A model generated the notes under the pieces. That model did no database searches, was not told where the DNA came from, and saw only the letters and a list, made by a program, of their open reading frames with translations. Shown piece by piece: positions 35,964-46,359 of a stretch of 64,000 nt of DNA. Position numbers and translations under genes: made by a program. Origin of the DNA: Planctomycetota bacterium (GTDB lineage: Bacteria > Planctomycetota > GCA-002687715 > CAIWVZ01); the NCBI GenBank assembly GCA_044222185.1, contig JBGANV010000001.1, positions 1,600,001-1,664,000 on the forward strand, written 5' to 3'. Positions within the stretch are counted from its first letter, which is position 1. Every line of letters starts with the position of its first letter.

Positions 35964-37484
35964 ATGTCTACCTATCGTCGTTTGATCCTTCCGTTCGCGT
36001 TCGCCGGGCTCGCGCTCGCCGTCGCCGCCCAGAACACCGGGCAGCCGACGCTCGCGGCGAAGCCGGATCCCAACGCCAAGCCACAAGAGGCTCCGGCGTC
36101 GCGCCCCGGCCCACTGCCGCCGATCGTCTTCGCGCGTCCACTCCCGACGACGGCGGTGGCTACCATCGACGGCAAGCCCGTCAGCCAGGGCGAACTCCTG
36201 GAGTTCGTCCTGCGCGGCAACATCTCCACGGTCTCGCAAACGCTCGTGCTCGTGAACGTCCTCGCCATCGAGCTCCAGCGCGCAGGCGTCACCGTCACGG
36301 AAGAAGAGATCACGAACGAGCAGAAGAAGATCGTCGAGCGGCTCGCCCCGGGAAAAACTCCCGAAGAGGTCGCCAAGTCTGGCGCCTTCAGCGCTGCCGA
36401 GATGCGGCGTCAGGCATGGCTCGGTCGCGGCTGGGAGAAGCTCTTCCTGAAGGAGAAGAACCTCGACAGCACGCAGACGGCGAATGACCCGAACCAGATC
36501 CTGAAGCAGCTGTTCATGCGCCAGAAGCTCGAGGGGTACGAAGTCCGTCTGCGCGGGCAGAACCCGGGCCCGGAGGCGGGCCTGGTGGCAGAGATCCGAG
36601 CAAAGGCACCGGCCACGGAAGTCGCCAAGGTCACCGGCGACCAGGCGCTCGAGTTCCTCATGGGCCTCGTGAAGCCGGGCTCGCTCCGCGACGCGCTGAA
36701 CGAGGTCATCGACGCGACGCTCATCAATCGCGAACTCGCGAAGACGCAGGCGACCGTGACGGAGGAGGACGTCGAGACGTGGGCGCTCTCGCAGCAGGAG
36801 AAGTACAAGCCGCCGTTCGATTGGCGCATGATCTGCCAGTTCAAGGGCACGACGCCAGACCAGGAGCGTGAGCGGTGGCGCCGCATCCAGGCATGGAAGC
36901 GCGCAACCAGCTACAAGCCAGCGGACGCCGAAATCGAGACCTACCTCAAGGACAACGAGGACTTCTTCAGCGGCCGCAACGTCTCCGTCTCGCACATCCT
37001 CGTGAACACGATCGACCTCGTGACGGGACTCGGCGCGACCGAAGAAGCCGACAAGGCGGCTCGCGCGAAGATCGACGCAATCCGCGAGAAATGCGAAGAA
37101 GGAATCGACTTCGGATGGCTCGCCGAGCGGTACTCGGACGACACCGGAACGGCCAAGAACAAGGGCGCGCTCGCCCAGCCCGTCAAGAAGTTCGGCGGCG
37201 GTCTCGATCCCGATTTCCAACACGTCGCCTGGGAGCTGAAGCCCGGTGACATCTCGAAGCCCGTCAAGTCCCGCTTCGGATATCACATCATCAAGTGCGA
37301 CAAGGTCAGCGACGGCCGCAAGGGCATCGACTACAAGACCCCCACCTACTGGGACTGGATCGTCGACGAATTCGAGACGATGAAGATGAAGTCCTGGGCG
37401 AAGGGCCTCCACGATGCGGCGAAGATCACCACCGTGCCGGACGCCGAGCTCTTCAAGCTGAAGGACATCAAGTTCGCGCCCTGA
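35964..37484 (+). CDS. Exported parvulin-type peptidyl-prolyl isomerase (SurA/PrsA-like)
   Basis: Signal peptide, two SurA-N-like segments, and SHILV, LAERYSDD and ISKPVKSRFGYHIIK. Confidence 0.88.
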   Translation: MSTYRRLILPFAFAGLALAVAAQNTGQPTLAAKPDPNAKPQEAPASRPGPLPPIVFARPLPTTAVATIDGKPVSQGELLEFVLRGNISTVSQTLVLVNVLAIELQRAGVTVTEEEITNEQKKIVERLAPGKTPEEVAKSGAFSAAEMRRQAWLGRGWEKLFLKEKNLDSTQTANDPNQILKQLFMRQKLEGYEVRLRGQNPGPEAGLVAEIRAKAPATEVAKVTGDQALEFLMGLVKPGSLRDALNEVIDATLINRELAKTQATVTEEDVETWALSQQEKYKPPFDWRMICQFKGTTPDQERERWRRIQAWKRATSYKPADAEIETYLKDNEDFFSGRNVSVSHILVNTIDLVTGLGATEEADKAARAKIDAIREKCEEGIDFGWLAERYSDDTGTAKNKGALAQPVKKFGGGLDPDFQHVAWELKPGDISKPVKSRFGYHIIKCDKVSDGRKGIDYKTPTYWDWIVDEFETMKMKSWAKGLHDAAKITTVPDAELFKLKDIKFAP

Positions 37485-37705
37485 GGAAATCAGGCAACCG
37501 AACCGATCGAACGACGCGCGGACGGGCCAACCGGACGCGCGTCGCGTCGTTTTCGGGGTGGATCGTGGCCGGTTACCGGTTCGACAGGTACCCCACCGCG
37601 GAAAGAACGAGCGCGGAGAACGCGACATTTCGACGAAGTCCCGACGAGCACGTGGTTCGAAGCGTCACTCTTGCGGCGTCCCGGATCGATGCCCAGGAGT
37701 GCGAA

Positions 37706-38947
37706 ATGCAATCGAGTCTTCGTGTGTTCGCGGCCGCGGCCTGCGCTGCGGTCGCGGTTTGCGCCCAGTCCCCCATCTTCGCCTTCTCCGCTGCAACGGA
37801 TCAGGCCGCAACGCCGCTGCCGGTGTACGACGAGGAGATCCACGCGTTCACCGGCGCGGGGCGCGCTCCCCTTCTCACGCGCGAGATGCTTGCGGTCCTT
37901 GCGGGTGACGCCAACGGGAATGGTGTCCTCGACGATGTGCCGGCGGACATCGACGCCATCCACGCGACGGCGCTCCCCGAGCCCTCCAACTGGCTCCTGT
38001 CCATCACTGCTGACACACCACTTGCCGGGGTGAACGTGAAGGATGGAGACATCTTCCGTTTCTCGTCGACGGGCGTCGACATCGTCCATCCGGAGTCGTT
38101 GTTCGAGGCCTCCACGGGAACCACGAACGTCGACATCGACGCGTTCGCGGTGAGCCCTGCCGGCGACCTGTACTTCTCGTTCGCAGACGACGAGGCCACG
38201 ACGATCCCGGCCCTGATCACACAGAACGGGGGGGCATCGACGTTGAGCAAGCAGTGCGTGTTCCGCCTCGCGCCTGGGGCTTCGACGGCGACGATTCACC
38301 TCACCCCGCAAACCGCCGTCGCCGTCTTCAACCAGGCGTTCGCCGCGACCGCGACGACCGTCGTGAACGTCACGGACGTGGAGGTCGACCCGGCAAGCCC
38401 GGGTGACCTCCTGTTGACGTGCGCCAGCACGTCAGCGGCATTCCGAGGCAAGGTCGCGCGGACCACGGGCGGCGGCCAGCCCTTCGCCGTCGGGGGGCAG
38501 ACGATCACGCCCGCCGTTCTCGGGTTGTCGTCCACGGCCTCGCTCGATGGGCTCGCGCTCGCGCCGACCACGATCCCCCCCAGTCTCAGGTCGATGCCCA
38601 TGTCGCTGAGCGCCGCCACGCCGTCAGTTGCAAGCCTCCTGACGACAGGGTGGACGCCTGGAGAGGCGATCCAGCTCGTGGCGACCGACGCCGTGTTCCC
38701 CCGGGCTCTGATCACGCCGCTCTCGGGAACCATCGGCAGCCACGCGACTCCCCTGGACGTCGGGAGCCCGATGTTCGCGGCGTCGTTCGGCGTGCCCGCG
38801 TGGCGCGTCACGGCGGACGTTCTCGGGACAGCCAGCTACTCCTTCGATTCCACCGGAATCCCCGCTGGGATCACGGCGATCGTGCAGGCCTTCGGAGTCT
38901 CGAGCCTGGCCCTGTCGACCCCGGCGGTCGTCAGCTTCCGCCCTTGA
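37706..38947 (+). CDS. Secreted hypothetical protein (repeated D-I-D-A beta motifs, C-terminal beta domain)
   Basis: AGGAG RBS, signal peptide AVCA|Q, GDANGNG Ca-loop-like motif and DIDAI/DIDAF/LDGL repeats. Confidence 0.75.
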   Translation: MQSSLRVFAAAACAAVAVCAQSPIFAFSAATDQAATPLPVYDEEIHAFTGAGRAPLLTREMLAVLAGDANGNGVLDDVPADIDAIHATALPEPSNWLLSITADTPLAGVNVKDGDIFRFSSTGVDIVHPESLFEASTGTTNVDIDAFAVSPAGDLYFSFADDEATTIPALITQNGGASTLSKQCVFRLAPGASTATIHLTPQTAVAVFNQAFAATATTVVNVTDVEVDPASPGDLLLTCASTSAAFRGKVARTTGGGQPFAVGGQTITPAVLGLSSTASLDGLALAPTTIPPSLRSMPMSLSAATPSVASLLTTGWTPGEAIQLVATDAVFPRALITPLSGTIGSHATPLDVGSPMFAASFGVPAWRVTADVLGTASYSFDSTGIPAGITAIVQAFGVSSLALSTPAVVSFRP

Positions 38948-39078
38948 TCCTGGTCCGGCTCCGCGCGAAGGCCGCGCGGGGTCGGGTGGCGCATCATCGG
39001 CCGTCGCCATAGAATCCGTGGCACTCACGGCGGCGGTGTGCGTCCATGTCCCTCGGACGAAACCGGGTCACGGTACAG

Positions 39079-41943
39079 ATGCCACGAAAACTCGCGGTCC
39101 TGGTCTTGGGTTGCGCTCTCCTCTGCGGCGGAGCCTGGTTCGGACTCCGCCTGCTGGCCGACGACGGTCATGCGATCGCGGACGGCGCGGGAAGGAAGGC
39201 CCGTGCTGCCATCGGTCCTGCGTTCCTCGGACCGGATTCGCGCCCCGAATCGCGCGCCGAAAGCCGGGGCCCGACCCAGCCGCTCACGCTGACCCCGAAG
39301 GACGGCGCGATTCGCGGCCGCGTCGTCGACCACGGCGAGATCCCGGTGAACCACGCCAAGGTCAAGGTCGAACTACGCGTCGCGCCCGGTGAACGGAACT
39401 TCGCGCTGGTGTCGAAGTTCTCGGAGACGGTGAGCGTCGACGACGAAGGAAGGTTCCAGCTCGTCGTTCCCGGTGGTGGTGTCTACCGCGTCGTCGCCGA
39501 GGCCTCTGGCTTCGCCCCCGCGATCAAATCAGGCGTCAAGCCCGGCGACGAGATCGAGCTCGTCGTCGACGTCGGTGCGATGATCCGCGGCACGGTCGTC
39601 GACAAACAGAACCAGCGCGTCGTGGCGGATACGGAGATCATCCTCTTCGTCGAGGGGAGCGAGCTGCGAAAGACGAAGTCGGACGCCCAAGGGGGGTTCG
39701 AGTTGACGGAGCTGCCGAGCGGCAAGGTGATCGTCTCGGCGTTCCACCCGGAATTCGTTCCACAGCCGTCGATCGAACGAACGCTCGAGCCCGGACAGAA
39801 CCTTGCGCTCCCCATCGAGCTCGACGCCGGCAAGTCCATTCGCGGGCAGGTTCTCTCCGCCGACGAACAGCGTCCCATCGAGGGAGCGCAGATCACCGTT
39901 CGCCGCAAGAAGGTGAAGTCGGATTCCTCGGGCCGATTCCTCGTCCGTGGGCTCGAGGCGGAACAGCAGCAACTCGAGGTCGCGGCCGAGGGCTTTCAGG
40001 CCAACCAACGCGAGGTGAATCTCGCTGGCTCCCGGCAGGAGGCGCTGGCAGAAATCCTCCTTCAACGCGGCGCGACGATCCGCGGCAAGGTCACCAGCGA
40101 CTCGGGAGAGCCGCTCGCCGGCGTCGAAATCAAGCTCTACCAATCGTGGGGCGGCGATTGGCTCGAGGAAGACTGGTCGATGCGCCACCTCGACCTGAAA
40201 ACCGGCGAGGACGGCAGCTTCAAGATGACGGGCATCCCGCCCCGCGAATGGGCGCAGCTCGCCGTACGAGCCCGCAAGGAGGGCTACCCCGAGTCCTACG
40301 AGAAGGGCCTGAAGCTCCGGAAGGTCGACGACGAGGCGTTCGTCGTGATCACGATGAAGCGCGGCGCGCTCATCAGCGGTCGCGTCGTGGACCAGGAGAA
40401 CCGCCCGGTCGTCGGAGCTCGAGTCGAGCTTCGGCAGCGCAACACCTACGACTACTGGTACTGGCAGGGAAACGGCGACGACCGCACGAAGATTGCGGGC
40501 ACCAACTCCGACGGTGAGTTCCTCTTCGACACGCTCACTGCCGCCAAGTACAACATCACCGTCCAGGCGCGGGGATTCTCGACGGGCTACAAGAACGACA
40601 TCGACGTCTCGACGGGCGGACAGTCGACGGGAAACATGATCACGGTCGAGGCCGGGAAGCCGCTGAAGGGCTACGTCGTCGATGCCGACGAGAAGCCCGT
40701 CCCCGGTGCGAACGTCCAGGTCTGGACGCAGAAGGGGTCCGGACACGCCGTCGCCGATCCCGAGGGCAAGTTCTCGATCGAATGCATGCCGACCGGTCCC
40801 TATGAAGTCTGGGCCTCGGCGCCGGGATACGCGGGGACGAACCTCCAGAAGCAAGTTGCCGACCCGGAACGGGGGTTGCGCATCCTGCTCAAGAAGCAGG
40901 CGACGCTCTCGGGCACGATCGTCGACGCCGTCACGAAGAAGCCGATCCCGACGGCGCGTGTCGTCCTCAGCACCGAAGACCCACGCCGCGGCGGCCAGCA
41001 GCGCGTCGCGTTCGACAACTACCAGCAAGAGAAGGACGGCAAGTTCCGCGCGCAGGCGGAGGCCGGCGTGTACCGACTGGAAGTCTTCGCGGCCGGCTAC
41101 GTGCGATACCGGAAGGAAGGTGTCGCGCTCGAGGCAGGAAAGGACCCCGAGCCACTCGTCGTCGAAATGAAGAAGGGCGGAGCGATCGAAGGCACGGTCC
41201 GCAAATCGAATGGTCAGCCTGAATCCTGGGTGACGATCTATTCCGCCAAGGACGATGGCGTCGCTCCCTATGGCTCATCCGTACAGAGCGAGGCCGACGG
41301 CTACTTCTACGTCGGCGACCTCGACGCCGGGACGTACAAGCTCGCTTTCCAGCAGGGCGGGGCCTCGATCCTCGTCCAGTCCGGCGTGTACGTGAACGGA
41401 GACAAACCGACCTTCGTCGACGTGCAGCTCGAGACCGGGATCAACCTGTTGGTCGACATCGTCGCCGAGCGCCCGCGCGACGATCAGGAGGTCGTCGCGG
41501 GCGCGTCCACCAACGAAACGGACGGCAGCACCCCACCGCCGCCACAGCAACGCCCCTTCCGCCCCCGCATCCGCGCTTGGGTCGAGTCGGTCGACGGGGC
41601 GCTGCTCGGCTTCAACTGGGAGTGGACGGGGGTCGAAGAGACCTGCAAGCCACAGACACGGCGAGATCTCTGGGTCCCGCGGCAGCCACGCTCGACCGTC
41701 GTCGCACAGGACCTGAGCCCCGGACGCTACGTGCTGCGCGTGACGTGCCCGGGCTTCGAAGACTTCGCGCGCCCCCTCCAGCTCTCGAGCGGTGGACGTC
41801 CGCGCGTGAAAGCCGAGTTGGTACCGCTCCCGAAGGATCTCCGTCCGGCCGGCGTCTACGACAGCAATACGCGGCAGCGCATGCATCGGTGGACCGACGG
41901 AAACGGGGTTTCGCGCACCGTGTACTACGAAGACGACGGCTGA
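39079..41943 (+). CDS. Membrane-anchored protein with multiple carboxypeptidase-regulatory-like repeats
   Basis: About seven repeats of I.G.V.D....PV.GA.V....(T/S)D..G.F....L..G.Y...A.G(Y/F). Confidence 0.85.
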   Translation: MPRKLAVLVLGCALLCGGAWFGLRLLADDGHAIADGAGRKARAAIGPAFLGPDSRPESRAESRGPTQPLTLTPKDGAIRGRVVDHGEIPVNHAKVKVELRVAPGERNFALVSKFSETVSVDDEGRFQLVVPGGGVYRVVAEASGFAPAIKSGVKPGDEIELVVDVGAMIRGTVVDKQNQRVVADTEIILFVEGSELRKTKSDAQGGFELTELPSGKVIVSAFHPEFVPQPSIERTLEPGQNLALPIELDAGKSIRGQVLSADEQRPIEGAQITVRRKKVKSDSSGRFLVRGLEAEQQQLEVAAEGFQANQREVNLAGSRQEALAEILLQRGATIRGKVTSDSGEPLAGVEIKLYQSWGGDWLEEDWSMRHLDLKTGEDGSFKMTGIPPREWAQLAVRARKEGYPESYEKGLKLRKVDDEAFVVITMKRGALISGRVVDQENRPVVGARVELRQRNTYDYWYWQGNGDDRTKIAGTNSDGEFLFDTLTAAKYNITVQARGFSTGYKNDIDVSTGGQSTGNMITVEAGKPLKGYVVDADEKPVPGANVQVWTQKGSGHAVADPEGKFSIECMPTGPYEVWASAPGYAGTNLQKQVADPERGLRILLKKQATLSGTIVDAVTKKPIPTARVVLSTEDPRRGGQQRVAFDNYQQEKDGKFRAQAEAGVYRLEVFAAGYVRYRKEGVALEAGKDPEPLVVEMKKGGAIEGTVRKSNGQPESWVTIYSAKDDGVAPYGSSVQSEADGYFYVGDLDAGTYKLAFQQGGASILVQSGVYVNGDKPTFVDVQLETGINLLVDIVAERPRDDQEVVAGASTNETDGSTPPPPQQRPFRPRIRAWVESVDGALLGFNWEWTGVEETCKPQTRRDLWVPRQPRSTVVAQDLSPGRYVLRVTCPGFEDFARPLQLSSGGRPRVKAELVPLPKDLRPAGVYDSNTRQRMHRWTDGNGVSRTVYYEDDG

Positions 41944-42704
41944 TGGGCCGAGCGCGGTGGATCGTCTTCATCGTCGTCATCGCAGGTGGTGTCGCGCTCG
42001 CCGTGCACTACGTCGAAGGCGTTTTCGACCGGCGATCGAAGGAGATCGAGTCGATCAGCAAGGCGGGCTCGCCGCCACCGCCGCCACAACCTCCGCGGCA
42101 GGGACCGCCTCCGCTCGACAGGTCGACGTCTCGTGCGGATGACGTCCTGATCGTCACGCGGGCCGGTGGTAACTCAGGCGGACGCCGTCTCATGGTCGCC
42201 CGAGGCAACGGCGAGTTCTCCCGCATCGCGAGCGGCCCCGCGGAGCCGGGGCCGACTGTCCGCGGAGTCCTCGATCGTGCCGGGCTCGACGACCTGATCC
42301 GCCCGCTCCTCCAGGAGACCGCTGGCGATTCCCGTCCGGACGACCCCGTCGCCGTGCGCATCCGCCTGAACGGCAAGGTCATCGATCGCCGCGTCCGAGA
42401 GGAAGACGTAGCCGCGATGCTCCGCTCTCAGGGACGCAATGCCGAGGCCAACGCCGTGCCGGCGCAGGTCGTCGTGCAGGTCGAGCCGCTCGACGGTGCG
42501 GTGCCCGCCGACGCGCCAGCGTGGCCACTCCGACGGGTTCCACCCGAGTCCCTCCTCGAGCCGAAGCGCGTTGCGCTGGATGCAGACCGGGCGAAGGCCT
42601 CGGCAACACTGCGAGACCTCGCGCCTGGATCCGTGCTGAAGGCCGGGGCGACGTCCTGGCGGGTGCGAGCGCTCGAGCTATTGACGCTCGCGTCCGACGC
42701 GTAG
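41943..42704 (+). CDS. Hypothetical membrane-anchored protein
   Basis: MGRARWIVFIVVIAGG N-terminal TM. TGATG overlap with the upstream gene. Confidence 0.68.
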   Translation: MGRARWIVFIVVIAGGVALAVHYVEGVFDRRSKEIESISKAGSPPPPPQPPRQGPPPLDRSTSRADDVLIVTRAGGNSGGRRLMVARGNGEFSRIASGPAEPGPTVRGVLDRAGLDDLIRPLLQETAGDSRPDDPVAVRIRLNGKVIDRRVREEDVAAMLRSQGRNAEANAVPAQVVVQVEPLDGAVPADAPAWPLRRVPPESLLEPKRVALDADRAKASATLRDLAPGSVLKAGATSWRVRALELLTLASDA

Positions 42705-42728
42705 GCTCCGGGGGCGAACACGCACCCG

Positions 42729-43157
42729 ATGAACTGGTACGACCGTTTCCTCTGTGTCTTCTTCGGCACCGCGTCCGTCGCGATCCTCGTGACGGCGTGC
42801 AGCCTCACGCCCGACCCTCGCGGCGTGGGCACGCACGAGCAACTCGGGCTCCCCCCGTGCGCCTTCCTGCAGGACCACCGCATGCCCTGCATCTCGTGCG
42901 GAATGACGACGGCGTTCGCGGCCGCGGCGCATGGAGACCTTCCGGCGGCCTTTCGCGCGAACCCCTTCGGCATCGTGCTGTTCGTGTTGGCGGCGATTGC
43001 GCCGTTCCACTGCATCCGCTGTTGGCGCCGCGCTGACAGCCCGCTCGCGATCCTCTCGCACCGTCGTGCCGCGTTCTGGCTGCCGGTGTTCCTCGTGACC
43101 CTCCTCGTGAACTGGGGCGCGATGATTCTCGTTCATCGTCATGGCCACCCCAACTGA
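42729..43157 (+). CDS. DUF2752 domain protein
   Basis: GTHEQLGLPPC...PCISCGMTTAF...HGD...AF.ANPFG. Confidence 0.88.
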   Translation: MNWYDRFLCVFFGTASVAILVTACSLTPDPRGVGTHEQLGLPPCAFLQDHRMPCISCGMTTAFAAAAHGDLPAAFRANPFGIVLFVLAAIAPFHCIRCWRRADSPLAILSHRRAAFWLPVFLVTLLVNWGAMILVHRHGHPN

Positions 43158-43171
43158 CGGCGTACCCGCGG

Positions 43172-44182
43172 TCAACCCTCGACAGGGGCCGCAGGTTCTT
43201 CGTCGTTTTCTTCTTCGTCGTCCAGATCGTCGTCGAGCGACACGCCGGTGACGATCCGCAGATACGACTCGAAGCGACGGCGATCGATCGCGCCTTCGAG
43301 CGCGGCCCGCGCGACGGCGCATTCGGGCTCGTGCGTGTGCGTGCACGAACGGAAGCGACAGCTCTCGATGAACGGCTGGAATTCCCGAAAGAAGAGCGCG
43401 ATGTCCGGCGCATCGAGGCCCGCGATGCCGAATGATTTCACGCCGGGTGTGTCCGCGAGAAATCCACCGCCGACGAAGGGGTAGAGCTCGACGCTCGTCG
43501 TCGTGTGCTGCCCTTTTCTCCACCGGTCGCTGATGGCTTGGGTCTTGAGGTTCAGCTCGGGCGCGAGCGCGGTCAGGAGCGACGACTTCCCGACGCCCGA
43601 CTGACCGCAAGCCACCGTGATCCCGCCGACGACGCGCGCGCGCAACTCGTCCACCCCTTCGCCCGTAACCGTGCTGCACGAGATGACGCCGTATCCGATG
43701 GAGCGGTAGAGGCTCGCCCATCCCTCGATCTCAGACCGGTCAGCGACCAGGTCGACTTTCGTGATGACGAGGATGGCCGGAGCGCCCGATCGCTCCGCGG
43801 CGACGAGGATCCGATCGACGAGCCGTGGACGGAACACGGGATCGACCGCCGACACGACGATGAGGATCCTGTCGGGATTGGCGACGATGATCTGCTCCCG
43901 CTGGGAAGGACCGTGGATGCGCGAGAGGTGGTTCGTTCGCTTCATCACCTCGGAGAGGACCGGTTCGCTGCGCGGCGGGAACGACACCGTCACTCGGTCG
44001 CCAGCGGCGATCATCCGCGTGAACTCGCGGTCTCGATCGCGCATCTCGATTCCGTACCGGCATCGGACGAGCCGTTCGCCGCAGAGCACGCGCGCATGAC
44101 GCACGCTGATGCCGCAGACGAGGCCCGGTTCGGTCTTGATCGCGTCGCGCCCCTTCGGTCGTCGCCCTTCGTGGTTCTTCAT
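43172..44182 (-). CDS. rsgA: Ribosome small subunit-dependent GTPase A
   Basis: Circularly permuted GTPase motifs TKVD, GQSGVGKSS, HTTT and DTPG, plus the Zn finger CRFRSCTHTHEPEC. Confidence 0.95.
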   Translation of the reverse strand: MKNHEGRRPKGRDAIKTEPGLVCGISVRHARVLCGERLVRCRYGIEMRDRDREFTRMIAAGDRVTVSFPPRSEPVLSEVMKRTNHLSRIHGPSQREQIIVANPDRILIVVSAVDPVFRPRLVDRILVAAERSGAPAILVITKVDLVADRSEIEGWASLYRSIGYGVISCSTVTGEGVDELRARVVGGITVACGQSGVGKSSLLTALAPELNLKTQAISDRWRKGQHTTTSVELYPFVGGGFLADTPGVKSFGIAGLDAPDIALFFREFQPFIESCRFRSCTHTHEPECAVARAALEGAIDRRRFESYLRIVTGVSLDDDLDDEEENDEEPAAPVEG

Positions 44183-44202
44183 CGCGCCGTCACCGCGGAC
44201 GA

Positions 44203-44919
44203 TCAGTGAGCATGCTGATGACCGAGGTGGAGCGCGAGGACGACGCCGTAGCCAGCCATGAGTACCCCCGTGATGCGCATCAACGTCCCTTCGAAGCGCG
44301 CCGAGGTGAGTTTCTCGGTGAGCCGCATGCCGTGGCGGAAGAGTACGAGGAGCGCGATGGTCGTCACCCCGGCGGTAAGACCGTAGCAGCCGAGCACGAT
44401 CGCCCCCTTCGCGGCCGATCCGGCCTCGACGGAGAAACTCACGCCCATCACGTTGCTCCAGCAGGGCAACGCCATGTTGGCGACGCCGAGCACGGCCGCG
44501 CCGAGGTCAGGCCCGAGTCGCATGAACCTCCCGGGATGGTGTCCCGCATGGCTGCAATGGGGCTCTTCCTTGCCATCCCCGCCGGGGGAGCACTCACCGT
44601 GCATGTGTCCGCCGTGCATCCACTGCGGGCGGACGAGAAGCACCAGGCCGAGCAGGGCGACGACGATTCCGATGATCGTCTCGAGGACGATCTCGAGATG
44701 TTCATCGACGACATCGCCGAGTCCGCCGAGCACGGCGCCGACGACGAGGCTCGAGCCGAGCATTCCGGCGCCGAAGAAGATCCCGGGGCGAACGCCGTTG
44801 CGGGTCCGTGCGACGATCGGCAGCAGGATCGGCCAGGAATGGGCGCACGGCGTCAGGGCGTGGACGACGCCGAAACCCAGCGCGCCGGCGACAGATTGAA
44901 TGCTCGGGATGAGGTCCAT
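44203..44919 (-). CDS. UreH/NicO/DsbD_2-like His-rich membrane protein (putative metal transporter)
   Basis: GVVHALTPCAHSW, a central His/Cys-rich loop, LPCW and about six TMs. Confidence 0.7.
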   Translation of the reverse strand: MDLIPSIQSVAGALGFGVVHALTPCAHSWPILLPIVARTRNGVRPGIFFGAGMLGSSLVVGAVLGGLGDVVDEHLEIVLETIIGIVVALLGLVLLVRPQWMHGGHMHGECSPGGDGKEEPHCSHAGHHPGRFMRLGPDLGAAVLGVANMALPCWSNVMGVSFSVEAGSAAKGAIVLGCYGLTAGVTTIALLVLFRHGMRLTEKLTSARFEGTLMRITGVLMAGYGVVLALHLGHQHAH

Positions 44920-45047
44920 GCCCAGTTGGAGGCGCGACGCGCCGAAGGACGGGAACCATATCCGCCGGGTCCGCTCGGGCCAACGGACGAGAGCCGCGAG
45001 CGCGTGGTGCTACGATCGCCGCGACCACGAGTCGGAGACATGTACCG

Positions 45048-46274
45048 ATGCCCATGAGTCCGATCACGGAGCTGCTCGACGAACTCCGCGCAGGCCGAAT
45101 GATCGTCCTCGTCGACGATGAGGATCGCGAGAACGAGGGCGACCTGGTATTCGCCGCAGAGTTCGCCACGCCCGCCCAGGTGAACTTCCTGCTGACGCAC
45201 GCCCGCGGCGAGCTCTGCCTCGCCATGGCCCCGGACCTCTGCGAGCGCCTCGACCTGCCGCTCCAGACGACGCAACCCACGAACCGCTTCGGGACGGCAT
45301 TCACGGTGACGATCGAGGCCGCCCGTGGCGTCACCACCGGAATCTCGGCGAAGGACCGTGCGACGACGATTCTTGCGGCCGTCGCGCCAGAGGCGCGGCC
45401 TGACGACCTGGCCCGCCCGGGCCACGTCCACCCGCTGCGCGCCCAGCCCGGTGGAGTCCTCGTCCGCGCCGGGCAGACCGAGGGCAGCGTGGACCTGTGT
45501 CGCCTCGCCGGCTTGCGGCCGGCCGCGGTCATCATGGAAGTGCTGAAACCGGACGGGACCCTGGCGCGAAGGCCCGAGCTGGATGCGTTCTGCACGACGC
45601 ACGGCGTCAAGATGGGTTGCGTCGCCGACATCATCGCCTACCGCCGCCAGACCGAGAGACTCGTCCAGCGCGTCTCCACGGTCCGTCTGCCGACGCGATA
45701 CGGCATCTTCGATCTGCACTGCTACCAGTCGCCACACGATCGCGAACTGCACCTGGCGATGACGCGGAACATCCGCGTTCCCGGGGTGGATTCCGCCGTG
45801 CCGCCCATCGAGCAGCCCGTGCTGGGCCGGATCCACTCCGAGTGCCTCACGGGTGATGTGTTCCATTCCGAACGCTGCGACTGCGGCGATCAGCTCGAGA
45901 ACGCCATGAAGCTCATCGCCGCCGAGCCCGGCCCGGCATTCCTTCTGTACATGCGCCAGGAGGGGCGCGGCATCGGCCTCCTGAACAAGCTCCGCAGCTA
46001 CGCGCTGCAGGACTCCAAGGGTCTGGACACGGTCGACGCCAACATCGCCCTGGGTTTCCGGCCGGACGAGCGCAACTACGGGACCGGCGCCTCGATCCTG
46101 GTCGATCTGGGCATCCGGAAGATCCGGCTCCTCACGAACAACCCGAGCAAACGCGCGGCGCTGGCGGCATTCGGCTTGGAGATCGTCTCGCGCGAGCCCA
46201 TCCTCGTTCCGGCTAATGCCAACAACGAAAAGTACTTACACACGAAGCGCGACAAGATGGGGCACATGCTTTGA
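45048..46274 (+). CDS. ribBA: Bifunctional DHBP synthase / GTP cyclohydrolase II
   Basis: VDDEDRENEGD, RPGH, RAGQTE, RIHSECLTGD..RCDCG, QEGRGIGL and LLTNNP motifs. Confidence 0.96.
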   Translation: MPMSPITELLDELRAGRMIVLVDDEDRENEGDLVFAAEFATPAQVNFLLTHARGELCLAMAPDLCERLDLPLQTTQPTNRFGTAFTVTIEAARGVTTGISAKDRATTILAAVAPEARPDDLARPGHVHPLRAQPGGVLVRAGQTEGSVDLCRLAGLRPAAVIMEVLKPDGTLARRPELDAFCTTHGVKMGCVADIIAYRRQTERLVQRVSTVRLPTRYGIFDLHCYQSPHDRELHLAMTRNIRVPGVDSAVPPIEQPVLGRIHSECLTGDVFHSERCDCGDQLENAMKLIAAEPGPAFLLYMRQEGRGIGLLNKLRSYALQDSKGLDTVDANIALGFRPDERNYGTGASILVDLGIRKIRLLTNNPSKRAALAAFGLEIVSREPILVPANANNEKYLHTKRDKMGHML

Positions 46275-46359
46275 ACCTTCGGATCGCGCCGTCGCGAACC
46301 GCCGCGCCCCGGGAATTCCCCATGCATGATGACCGTCCGACCGACCACAGGAGACGCAC

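Noticed and set aside
44920-45047. FMN riboswitch upstream of ribBA
   Set aside because: The 128-nt divergent intergenic region lacks recognisable RFN conserved sequences.
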